Positions 16,951-23,527 of a stretch of 51,814 bases of DNA are shown one piece after another. Under the pieces are notes generated by a model. It was not told the origin of the DNA and ran no database searches. It saw only the letters and a list, made by a program, of their open reading frames with translations. The DNA comes from a virus, in the IMG/VR virus record IMGVR_UViG_3300021255_000032; one strand, 5' to 3'. A program made the position numbers and the translations under genes. The first letter of the stretch is position 1. Each line of letters begins with the position of its first letter.

Positions 16951-17271
16951 ATGAGTAGCAAATGGGTACAGGTTCGCGATAGCGCATTGGAGGCCATCAA
17001 GGCAGAGGAAGTCGGCAAGGCCGTCAAAGACCGCCTTGTAGGTTGGGCTGAAAAGGAAGGCATTGAGTTTATCGAGCAGTTTGCGGACGGCGTTATCGAC
17101 GAATGCCGCAAGGACGCAGCGACTGAAACGGGCTGGTGCAAAGTTCGCGACGCTTTCGTCCTCCCCGTTGCCATCACGGGCGGCGTATTCGTTCTCAAAC
17201 TTGTTCTGACCAAAGCGGCAGACAAAGCGAAAGGCGGTGACGCTCCGGCAGCAGAGCCGGAGCGAGAATAA
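16951..17271 (+). CDS. Membrane-anchored hypothetical protein (end of lysis cassette)
   Basis: 106 aa with a C-terminal hydrophobic helix FVLPVAITGGVFVLKLVLT and a GGAGGA RBS. Confidence 0.5.
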   Translation: MSSKWVQVRDSALEAIKAEEVGKAVKDRLVGWAEKEGIEFIEQFADGVIDECRKDAATETGWCKVRDAFVLPVAITGGVFVLKLVLTKAADKAKGGDAPAAEPERE

Positions 17272-17314
17272 GCGACAGAGGCCGGGAAGGCTACTTCTCA
17301 ATTCGCATTGACAT

Positions 17315-17348
17315 GACAGGCAGGGATTTTCCTTGCCTGTCTTTTTTT
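17315..17348 (+). terminator. Rho-independent terminator ending the late/lysis operon
   Basis: An 11-bp stem GACAGGCAGGG/CCTTGCCTGTC with loop ATTTT, followed by a T7 run. Confidence 0.8.
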
Positions 17349-17411
17349 ATTTTGTTTATACTCTAAATTCAAACTATATAAATAAAATATGGCTTTTTAT
17401 AATAAAAAGTA

Positions 17412-17440
17412 TTGACTTTTTATTTAGAATTGAGTATGAT
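17412..17440 (+). promoter_or_regulatory. Sigma-70-type promoter of the accessory island
   Basis: TTGACT (17412-17417), 17-nt spacer, TATGAT (17435-17440), inside a very AT-rich stretch. Confidence 0.6.
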
Positions 17441-17485
17441 TGAATCAAGATAAAGAGAGGCACGAAAGAGAAGGAGGCCAACACA

Positions 17486-17713
17486 ATGTGGAGCAAAGGA
17501 ATTTTAGAGATTGACGGCGTTAAGGTTGAGTACCAGGTCAAGCACTACGAAGAAGGTTCGACGTTCGGAATTGAAGAAGGGAAAATCTCAAAGCTATTCT
17601 GCTACGTCGGACGGGACGAAGTTATCAACTACGACAGAGGCGAATGGAGCAAGAAACCGAAAACGGCAGTCAGCCGGAAAGCATACAAAGCCCTTCTGGA
17701 AAGATTCAACTAA
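17486..17713 (+). CDS. Hypothetical protein
   Basis: 75 aa, GAAGGAGG RBS, first gene after the promoter. Confidence 0.6.
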   Translation: MWSKGILEIDGVKVEYQVKHYEEGSTFGIEEGKISKLFCYVGRDEVINYDRGEWSKKPKTAVSRKAYKALLERFN

Positions 17714-17770
17714 GCCGAAACCGCCGAAAGGCGGTCATAGCAGGACAGCAACCTGTTATCTGATGATGGC
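17714..17770 (+). ncRNA. Type II hammerhead ribozyme candidate (copy 1)
   Basis: GCC|GAA|A-CCGCC-GAAA-GGCGG-U|C^|AUAGCAGG-ACAGCAA-CCUGUUAU|CUGAUGA|U|GGC. All core nucleotides are present: CUGAUGA, GAA, the A15.1-U16.1 pair and a GUC cleavage triplet. Predicted cleavage is after C17736. Confidence 0.65.
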
Positions 17771-17793
17771 AAGCTAAAAGGAGGATACAGACC

Positions 17794-18237
17794 ATGAAAC
17801 ATATTCATATTGACCAGTACACCGCCATTTTTAACGCTTTTCTCAAGGAGCACGGCGAACACAAGGAAACCTGCGACAAAAGCGACTGGGGCGACACCTA
17901 CAAAGAGATTTCTTTCAGCGACGGGGCGACTTGGAACGAATGCCGCCGGGCAGATGGCACCTTGGAATTTTGGAACAGCAAGGACAGCAAAAGCCGCATG
18001 GTGGACGAAGGAGCAGAAAATGAATGGTTGAGCTTGGGCGGCGGTTTCACAATCCCCCTCAACGAAAAGTATTCAAAGAGCTTCACGCTCGCGAACTTCT
18101 ACCTCACGAAGAACGGCAAGTACATGAAGGTTAAGTTACAGAGCAATTGGAACAGCAGCTACAACGAAACCCGCTTTCACAACGTAGAAAATTGCGGCGG
18201 CACTCCGATGAATGTTATTGCAGAGTATACGAGATAA
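17794..18237 (+). CDS. Hypothetical protein
   Basis: 147 aa, AAAGGAGGA RBS. Confidence 0.6.
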   Translation: MKHIHIDQYTAIFNAFLKEHGEHKETCDKSDWGDTYKEISFSDGATWNECRRADGTLEFWNSKDSKSRMVDEGAENEWLSLGGGFTIPLNEKYSKSFTLANFYLTKNGKYMKVKLQSNWNSSYNETRFHNVENCGGTPMNVIAEYTR

Positions 18238-18250
18238 GGAGGAACACATC

Positions 18251-18484
18251 ATGGAATTTGTACAGATTGAAGCCGCAAGACAGGGTTACAGCCCCTCGGA
18301 CATTGCAGGAAAGACCTTGACCGTGGCAGAGCTTAGGGAACTTCTCGACCAATACCCGGACGATATGCCCGTGATTTTATCCCACGACAACGGCTACACC
18401 TACGGCGGCATTGGTTACAACGATGTTACCGACGGATATTATGCAGACGAAAACGAAGATAGCTACGGCGAAGGGGAAGAATGA
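18251..18484 (+). CDS. Hypothetical acidic protein
   Basis: 77 aa from ATG 18251 (AAGGAGGA RBS), preferred over the track start 18212. Acidic C-terminal tail YYADENEDSYGEGEE. Confidence 0.6.
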   Translation: MEFVQIEAARQGYSPSDIAGKTLTVAELRELLDQYPDDMPVILSHDNGYTYGGIGYNDVTDGYYADENEDSYGEGEE

Positions 18485-18544
18485 GCCGAAACCTCCCACA
18501 CGGGAGGTCGCCGGGGGATTGACCACCCCCGGCCTGATGATGGC
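18485..18544 (+). ncRNA. Type II hammerhead ribozyme candidate (copy 2)
   Basis: GCC|GAA|A-CCUCCC-ACAC-GGGAGG-U|C^|GCCGGGGG-AUUGACCA-CCCCCGGC|CUGAUGA|U|GGC. Same architecture and identical core as copy 1, with entirely different but still complementary stems I and III. Predicted cleavage is after C18509. Confidence 0.65.
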
Positions 18545-18571
18545 AGGTTGAGAGAAAAGGAGGATTCAAAT

Positions 18572-19369
18572 ATGAACACTTATGAAGAAAAACAAGCCCG
18601 TAGAAGGGAATACTACGAGGCCAAAGCGGCAGCAGCTAGGGCAGAAAGCCACGAGCAGTACAACACCTTCAAAAAGATGGCTGATGTTATCCCGATGGGG
18701 CAGCCGATTCTCGTTGGACACCACAGCGAAAAGAGCGATAGAGCCTATCGCGGCAGAATGACGGGGCACATGGACAAAAGTATCGAGCTCAGCAAGAAGG
18801 CCGAATACTATCAGCAGAAGGCCGAAAGCGTAGGGCAGGGTGGCATAAGCGGGTACGACCCGGACGCGGTTACGAAGTTGAAGGAGAAGCTGGACAAGCT
18901 GAAGGAGCAGCAGGAACGCATGAAGGCGGCAAACAAAGCCCTCCGGCTTAAGGACACCGAAAAGGGCAACGCAAGACTCCGTGAGCAGGGTTATTCTGAA
19001 AAGCAGATTGAAGAACTCCGTACGCCGGATTGTTTCGGGTGCATTGGTTTCGCAAGCTACACCCTCACGAACAACAACGCGAGCATACACCGGATTGAAA
19101 AGCGCATAAAGCAATTGGAGGCAGCCAAAGAGCACGAAGGGGAGGAAAAGGAAACCGACCTTTACAGCTACCGCATAGAGGACGCGCGGGTACAATTCAC
19201 ATTTGACGGCAAGCCAGAGCCGTGCGTAAGGGACATTCTGAAAAGGCACGGATTCAAGTGGGCACCGTCCAGGGGCGCATGGGTAAGACAGGCGACCGCG
19301 AACGGCAGATACGCGGCAAAGAGCGTTATGCAGGAATTAGATGATTTGGAGGCGTTCGATAATGAGTGA
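18572..19369 (+). CDS. DUF3560-like protein
   Basis: GQPILVGHHSEKSDRAYRGRM motif and a C-terminal KRHGFKWAPSRGAWV module, as I recall for DUF3560 proteins of plasmids and phages. ATG 18572 after AAGGAGGA is preferred over TTG 18548. Confidence 0.5.
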   Translation: MNTYEEKQARRREYYEAKAAAARAESHEQYNTFKKMADVIPMGQPILVGHHSEKSDRAYRGRMTGHMDKSIELSKKAEYYQQKAESVGQGGISGYDPDAVTKLKEKLDKLKEQQERMKAANKALRLKDTEKGNARLREQGYSEKQIEELRTPDCFGCIGFASYTLTNNNASIHRIEKRIKQLEAAKEHEGEEKETDLYSYRIEDARVQFTFDGKPEPCVRDILKRHGFKWAPSRGAWVRQATANGRYAAKSVMQELDDLEAFDNE

Positions 19370-19697
19370 GCTGAAAGTAAAGACCTTTGACGGGTGGCAT
19401 AAATATGCAGAAAAGACCGGGAAACACAGCTACGAGGACTACGCGCAGCCGGGGGACAAAATCGACCGGGAAACATACGACTACTTCATGAATTGTCTGC
19501 CGCCCGCCACGATGGGGTACGGATATTTCCAGATGGGGGAGGAACACGATTACAGGGAGGTGGACGGCAAAATGCGAGCCACCTACATGACCTTCCTGCA
19601 CGAAGGCGGGGACAGCTATTTCTACCTCGGCGACCTTCCCGCCGGGTACACGCGAGAGCCTAATGGAAAAATTCGCAGATTGTTGCTAAAATGTTGA
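19362..19697 (+). CDS. Hypothetical protein
   Basis: 111 aa from ATG 19362, overlapping the upstream stop by 8 nt. Confidence 0.55.
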   Translation: MSELKVKTFDGWHKYAEKTGKHSYEDYAQPGDKIDRETYDYFMNCLPPATMGYGYFQMGEEHDYREVDGKMRATYMTFLHEGGDSYFYLGDLPAGYTREPNGKIRRLLLKC

Positions 19698-19723
19698 TGG
19701 AGAAAATTGAAGGGGGTTTGAAT

Positions 19724-19939
19724 ATGACAGCAGAAAAAGAGCCGGAAAAGAAACGGGGAAGGGGGCGTCCGAGAGTCGCACCAGAGGACAGCAAAGCCCG
19801 CCCTCCCCACATGATAAAGGCGTTTGACAATGAGTTCGCATTGGTTAAGCGGTTCAACCGCTTGACCCGGACTCACCCGGAGGAATGCGAGAAGATTTTG
19901 GAGGCATTGGAGAACTGGAAAGGAGGGCGGCAGGAATGA
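19724..19939 (+). CDS. Hypothetical protein with an AT-hook-like basic N-terminus
   Basis: MTAEKEPEKKRGRGRPRVAPE... ATG 19724 follows GAAGGGGG. Confidence 0.5.
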   Translation: MTAEKEPEKKRGRGRPRVAPEDSKARPPHMIKAFDNEFALVKRFNRLTRTHPEECEKILEALENWKGGRQE

Positions 19940-20157
19940 GTTTTCAAGACAATCAAGGACTGAAAAAACCGAAACGTAGTTGCCCCTTTTGCGGCGGCCA
20001 TGATATTGAGATTTACGAGCATTACGGGACAGCGGTAGGGATTGACTACGGCGGCTTTTTCCCGGAGTGTACCGAATGCGGTTGCAGGTTGACCTATTAC
20101 CATAGCAGGGAAGCCGCCATAGACGCATGGGACAGGAGGTGGGGTGAAGATGAATGA
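19936..20157 (+). CDS. Lar-family restriction-alleviation-like protein (copy 1)
   Basis: CPFCGGHDIEI...CTECGC...REAAIDAWDRRW: a Zn-ribbon plus the (E/D)A...AWN/DRR ending typical of Lar-family proteins. ATGA overlap with the upstream gene. Confidence 0.6.
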   Translation: MSFQDNQGLKKPKRSCPFCGGHDIEIYEHYGTAVGIDYGGFFPECTECGCRLTYYHSREAAIDAWDRRWGEDE

Positions 20158-20353
20158 AAACAAGCCTTGCCCCTTTTGCGGGGCGACCATGACGAAGATT
20201 ATGAAGAAGGGCAGCAAGCGACCAAACACGCATACAATTTACATGATGTGCAAGAAGTGTCACAGCCGCGGTCCTACCTCATTTTTCGAGGAAGGGAGCA
20301 GCCCGGAGGAAGAAGAACGAGCCGCAAGAGACACATGGAATAACAGGCCGTGA
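20144..20353 (+). CDS. Lar-family restriction-alleviation-like protein (copy 2)
   Basis: KPCPFCGATM...CKKCHSRG...ERAARDTWNNRP. Overlaps copy 1. Confidence 0.6.
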   Translation: MKMNENKPCPFCGATMTKIMKKGSKRPNTHTIYMMCKKCHSRGPTSFFEEGSSPEEEERAARDTWNNRP

Positions 20354-20432
20354 ATATCGTTTTAATCGAGAACCACTGGACATAGGTTCACGATACACAC
20401 AAGTTCATAACCCCCACAAGGATATAAAACAA

Positions 20433-20458
20433 CCCTCCCGGATTTGGGAGGGCTTTTT
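20433..20458. terminator. Bidirectional rho-independent terminator between the accessory island (+) and the integrase (-)
   Basis: CCCTCCC-GGATTT-GGGAGGG, followed by CTTTTT on the + strand and by TTGTTTTA on the - strand. Confidence 0.75.
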
Positions 20459-20460
20459 CT

Positions 20461-21957
20461 TTACTTGAAAACGAAGTCGAAGTCGAGCAGGTACTTATGG
20501 CCATAGTTATAATCGCGCCGGATTACAGAAACCTTTTCGAGGATTTCAAGCACGACCCTACGCCTAGCCTCTAACGTTGGCGGGCAATTGCGAACCACCG
20601 CGACAATATCAGCCGGGGCATTTTGTTCTGCAGGGGCGGCAGATGTTTTCTCCGACTCGGCCAACTCATTCTGCAGCCGGGATTCCTCTGCCTTCAAGGC
20701 GGTCAGCTTTTCCGTAGCCTCGGACTGGCCTAGAAGAGATTGAGAAAACCACGCCATGACGGCTTGCCTTTCTGAATGGATCTTCTCTATTCGCTTGAGT
20801 ATCTTCTGCCGCTTGTTTTGGGCAGGGGCGGCAGATGTTTTTCCGTCAGCACGTTTTCCGATGTAGGCCGTCAAGGTTTCTTCATTGGTGCAGATTTGTT
20901 CCAGAGTTGACCAAAAGAGAGCGTCAGCGACAGGCAGCTCCATATAGCGGGAAGGGCATTTGCCGCCGTTACGCGGGGCAGATTCAGGACATTGATACCA
21001 TCGACGACCGCGCTTCCCGTCTGTGCAGATTCTTATGCGCGTACCACAATGACCGCAATAAGCAAGCCCCTGCAGCAGCCCTATGTCATTGTTTTTCTTC
21101 CATGTTTTGTAGGTACGTTTTTTAGATTTGATTTCGAGGGCTTTTTCATGTAGTTCAGCCGGGATAATTGCGGGGCAGGTCATTTCTATCCATTCTTCAC
21201 GCGGGCGGGGGATTTTCTTGTAGGATTTCGGTCCCGTCTTTTTGTGGTACTTTGTGTTGGCAAAGTAGCGACCTGTATAGTGGGGGCGGTGGATTATGTT
21301 ACGCACCGAACTGGCGCACCACTTCACGCCTGTGGGGGAGGGTATGCCCTGTTTGTTGAGCATATCGGCAATGACTTCACAGCCGCCGACCCTGTCCTCC
21401 ACGTACCATTGGTACACGCGCTTGACGATTTCAGCCTCGGCAGGATTCACGACATAGCAGCAGGTTTCCCGGTCGAAGTCGTAGCCATAGATGTGACTGT
21501 CATTTATTGCCTTCCCGGCGCGAAGTTTGGCACGCTTCCCGCGCATTGTTCGCTCCCTTATTTTGGCGCGTTCGTATTCAGCAAATACGCCTTTCATCTG
21601 ATAGGACATATTGCCCTCAGGGGTATTGTCGAACCGTTCGAGCACGAACACGGGACGGCAGCCAGCTTTCTCCAATTCCTCTGTCAAGATAAGCTGATGT
21701 ATCAATTTCCGCGCCATACGGTCAGCGTCGTGGAAAATTACAGCCTCGTACAGGCCGTCTTGGACAGCGTCGCGCAGATTGTCCAGGGCAGGACGTTCGA
21801 GGAAGCCGCCGGAATAGCCATCGTCGATGTATTCTTTCACGACAAAAGCACCCATCTCAGCAGCCTTTTTCCGGCAAGCCTCTATTTGCGTACCGATGGA
21901 ATAGCCGTGCTCGGCTTGCCATTCCGTAGATACGCGGGCATATATAGCAACGTTCAT
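20461..21957 (-). CDS. int: Large serine recombinase (integrase)
   Basis: Resolvase-type N-terminus MNVAIYARVSTEWQAEHGYSIGTQ, a recombinase domain, a Zn-ribbon (CGHCGTRI...C) and a C-terminal coiled coil. ATG 21957 is preferred over the track start 22059. Confidence 0.9.
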   Translation of the reverse strand: MNVAIYARVSTEWQAEHGYSIGTQIEACRKKAAEMGAFVVKEYIDDGYSGGFLERPALDNLRDAVQDGLYEAVIFHDADRMARKLIHQLILTEELEKAGCRPVFVLERFDNTPEGNMSYQMKGVFAEYERAKIRERTMRGKRAKLRAGKAINDSHIYGYDFDRETCCYVVNPAEAEIVKRVYQWYVEDRVGGCEVIADMLNKQGIPSPTGVKWCASSVRNIIHRPHYTGRYFANTKYHKKTGPKSYKKIPRPREEWIEMTCPAIIPAELHEKALEIKSKKRTYKTWKKNNDIGLLQGLAYCGHCGTRIRICTDGKRGRRWYQCPESAPRNGGKCPSRYMELPVADALFWSTLEQICTNEETLTAYIGKRADGKTSAAPAQNKRQKILKRIEKIHSERQAVMAWFSQSLLGQSEATEKLTALKAEESRLQNELAESEKTSAAPAEQNAPADIVAVVRNCPPTLEARRRVVLEILEKVSVIRRDYNYGHKYLLDFDFVFK

Positions 21958-22089
21958 GTGGTCAAAATTTCCCCTTTCATTTATGCAAAAAAATATTCCA
22001 TTGTTTGGATTGAAATTATTCCATTGCGCACAATGTAAAAACGCAAGGCGAAAAGTCAAGCAAACTGCAAAAATCGAAGAAAAGTAAAG

Positions 22090-22118
22090 TAAAAGCCCCG
22101 GCCTTTAGGCTAGGGCTT
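22090..22118 (-). terminator. Terminator of the CI / MuF-paralog operon
   Basis: On the minus strand: AAGCCCUAGCC-UAAA-GGCCGGGGCUU followed by UUACUUUACUUUU. It separates the repressor operon from int. Confidence 0.55.
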
Positions 22119-22126
22119 GTTTTCTG

Positions 22127-22456
22127 TCAAAGATTGTCCTTGTTTTTCTGAAACCATTCTTCTAAATCCGGGTGGGAAGCAGGATTTTTATGCCATTCAA
22201 GTATATCGCTAACAGGACGCGGCTCGAGGATAAGACAGCACTTACAGCCGTCATGGGCAGGATAGGGCGGGCACTCGTCCGGGGAATAAACCCCGTCGCC
22301 ATTCACACCACCATGAGCGTATTGGTCGCATATATCTTTTTCCTCATGTGTATTCGACAACGCCCATCGAATTTTACAGCCCGGTGCTTTTTTAGCTTGC
22401 TCGATTGTGCGAAGCCCGCACTGCCGCGTAAACTCAGTATCTTCTTTGATTCCCAT
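22127..22456 (-). CDS. Stand-alone Phage_Mu_F-like domain protein (paralog of the core of the 42955 ORF)
   Basis: 109 aa from ATG 22456 (AAAGGAG RBS). KIRWALSNTHEEKDICDQYAHGGVNGDGVYSPDECPPYPAHDGCKC aligns with VKWVLSNTHPRTDICDQYAHGGKNGDGVYAAGDCPISPAHPNCLC of the head MuF protein. Confidence 0.7.
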   Translation of the reverse strand: MGIKEDTEFTRQCGLRTIEQAKKAPGCKIRWALSNTHEEKDICDQYAHGGVNGDGVYSPDECPPYPAHDGCKCCLILEPRPVSDILEWHKNPASHPDLEEWFQKNKDNL

Positions 22457-22514
22457 TACAAAGCTCCTTTTTATGTAATTTGACCCACCTAGAAACCTCC
22501 CGGGATAAAAACCT

Positions 22515-22901
22515 TTATTCTGTCCCTGTCCTCTTGTTCTCCCCCTTAGATACTTGTTTCTGGTATTCAAGGTAGTTGTAGAATTGTTCCAGTTGGGCAA
22601 GGGTTTGAGCGTCGGCCTGCGACACTTTGGAAGCAAGCTGAGCGGCGGGGGAGTTTTCAGAGGTGACGGATTCCTCACCTATAAGCCAGCCCACAGAAAC
22701 GCCCTCTATACGAGCGATTTTTTTCAGCATACTTATGCTTGGCTCACTTTTTCCGAGCAGCCAGCCTTTAAGCTGACCCTCCGACACTCCTAAGCGTTCG
22801 CGATATTCTTTTTGTGTACCACGCATACCGGGGCGTGATTGAAACCTTCTAAAAAGGTAGTTGATACGCTCGCAGAACGCTCCTGCGTCCTCGTTGTTCA
22901 T
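22515..22901 (-). CDS. CI-like repressor (XRE-family HTH)
   Basis: HTH: TQKEYRERLGVSEGQLKGWLLGKSEPSISMLKKIARIEGVSVGWLIGE. Divergent from the cro-like gene. ATG 22901 follows GGGGGTG. Confidence 0.75.
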   Translation of the reverse strand: MNNEDAGAFCERINYLFRRFQSRPGMRGTQKEYRERLGVSEGQLKGWLLGKSEPSISMLKKIARIEGVSVGWLIGEESVTSENSPAAQLASKVSQADAQTLAQLEQFYNYLEYQKQVSKGENKRTGTE

Positions 22902-22973
22902 AGATTTCACCCCCACTACACTATACCATAAAATATAAATTTTGTCCTTTTGTGATTAAATTTATCTAAAAAA

Positions 22974-23062
22974 GTATAAAAAATATCTTTACAAGTATAA
23001 ATTTTAGCGTTATAATGTGTTCAACAGATAAAAAATATCTGGTAAGCAGATAAATAATATCC
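22974..23062. promoter_or_regulatory. Operator cluster 1: copies of the 15-mer AGATAAAAAATATCT
   Basis: One perfect copy at 23026-23040. Degenerate copies at 22974-22988 (GTATAAAAAATATCT, overlapping the -35) and 23048-23062 (AGATAAATAATATCC). The arms AGATA/TATCT form an inverted repeat. Confidence 0.6.
22988..23016 (+). promoter_or_regulatory. Rightward early promoter (PR-like)
   Basis: TTTACA (22988-22993), 17-nt spacer, TATAAT (23011-23016), flanked by operator copies. Confidence 0.6.
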
Positions 23063-23094
23063 ATAGCCACAGCAAAAGGGGGAGGTGCAAAAGG

Positions 23095-23277
23095 GTGGAC
23101 ATTTCCATCAAGGGCGAAATTGCCCGCAGAAACTTGAAGTACAACGAAGTTGCCAAAGCCGTAGGGATTAAGCCGCAAACGTTTTACAGAAAGCTGGACA
23201 AAAACTCATTCAGCCTACAAGAGGCGGCAAAGATTTTTAGATTCCTTGGTATCAAGGTGGCCGTTGTAGAGGCGTGA
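23095..23277 (+). CDS. Cro-like HTH regulator
   Basis: 60 aa, GTG start after GGGGGAGG. HTH KYNEVAKAVGIKPQTFYRKL. Confidence 0.7.
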   Translation: MDISIKGEIARRNLKYNEVAKAVGIKPQTFYRKLDKNSFSLQEAAKIFRFLGIKVAVVEA

Positions 23278-23296
23278 TATTTTTTTGCCAACGAGC

Positions 23297-23333
23297 AGAT
23301 AAAAAATATCTACACACAAGATAAAAAATATCT
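23297..23333. promoter_or_regulatory. Operator cluster 2: two perfect AGATAAAAAATATCT copies
   Basis: 23297-23311 and 23319-23333, between the cro-like gene and the next ORF. Confidence 0.6.
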
Positions 23334-23347
23334 AAAGGAGGAACGCG

Positions 23348-23527
23348 ATGGAATACAAGGACGGCCATACATACACCTTCCACGTAGGTGAATGTACGGC
23401 GCGGGTTACGCTTCACAATTTCACCCCGGCAGTCAAGGAGAATTTCAGCAGAGCATTAGGCCGGGAACTATTCAAGGCATATACAGAAAGGGCGGGATTG
23501 AATGAAGGACTTCACAGAGCAGATTGA
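23348..23527 (+). CDS. Small hypothetical protein (59 aa, below the track cutoff)
   Basis: ATG 23348 after AAAGGAGGA. Product MEYKDGHTYTFHVGECTARVTLHNFTPAVKENFSRALGRELFKAYTERAGLNEGLHRAD*. Confidence 0.4.
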   Translation: MEYKDGHTYTFHVGECTARVTLHNFTPAVKENFSRALGRELFKAYTERAGLNEGLHRAD

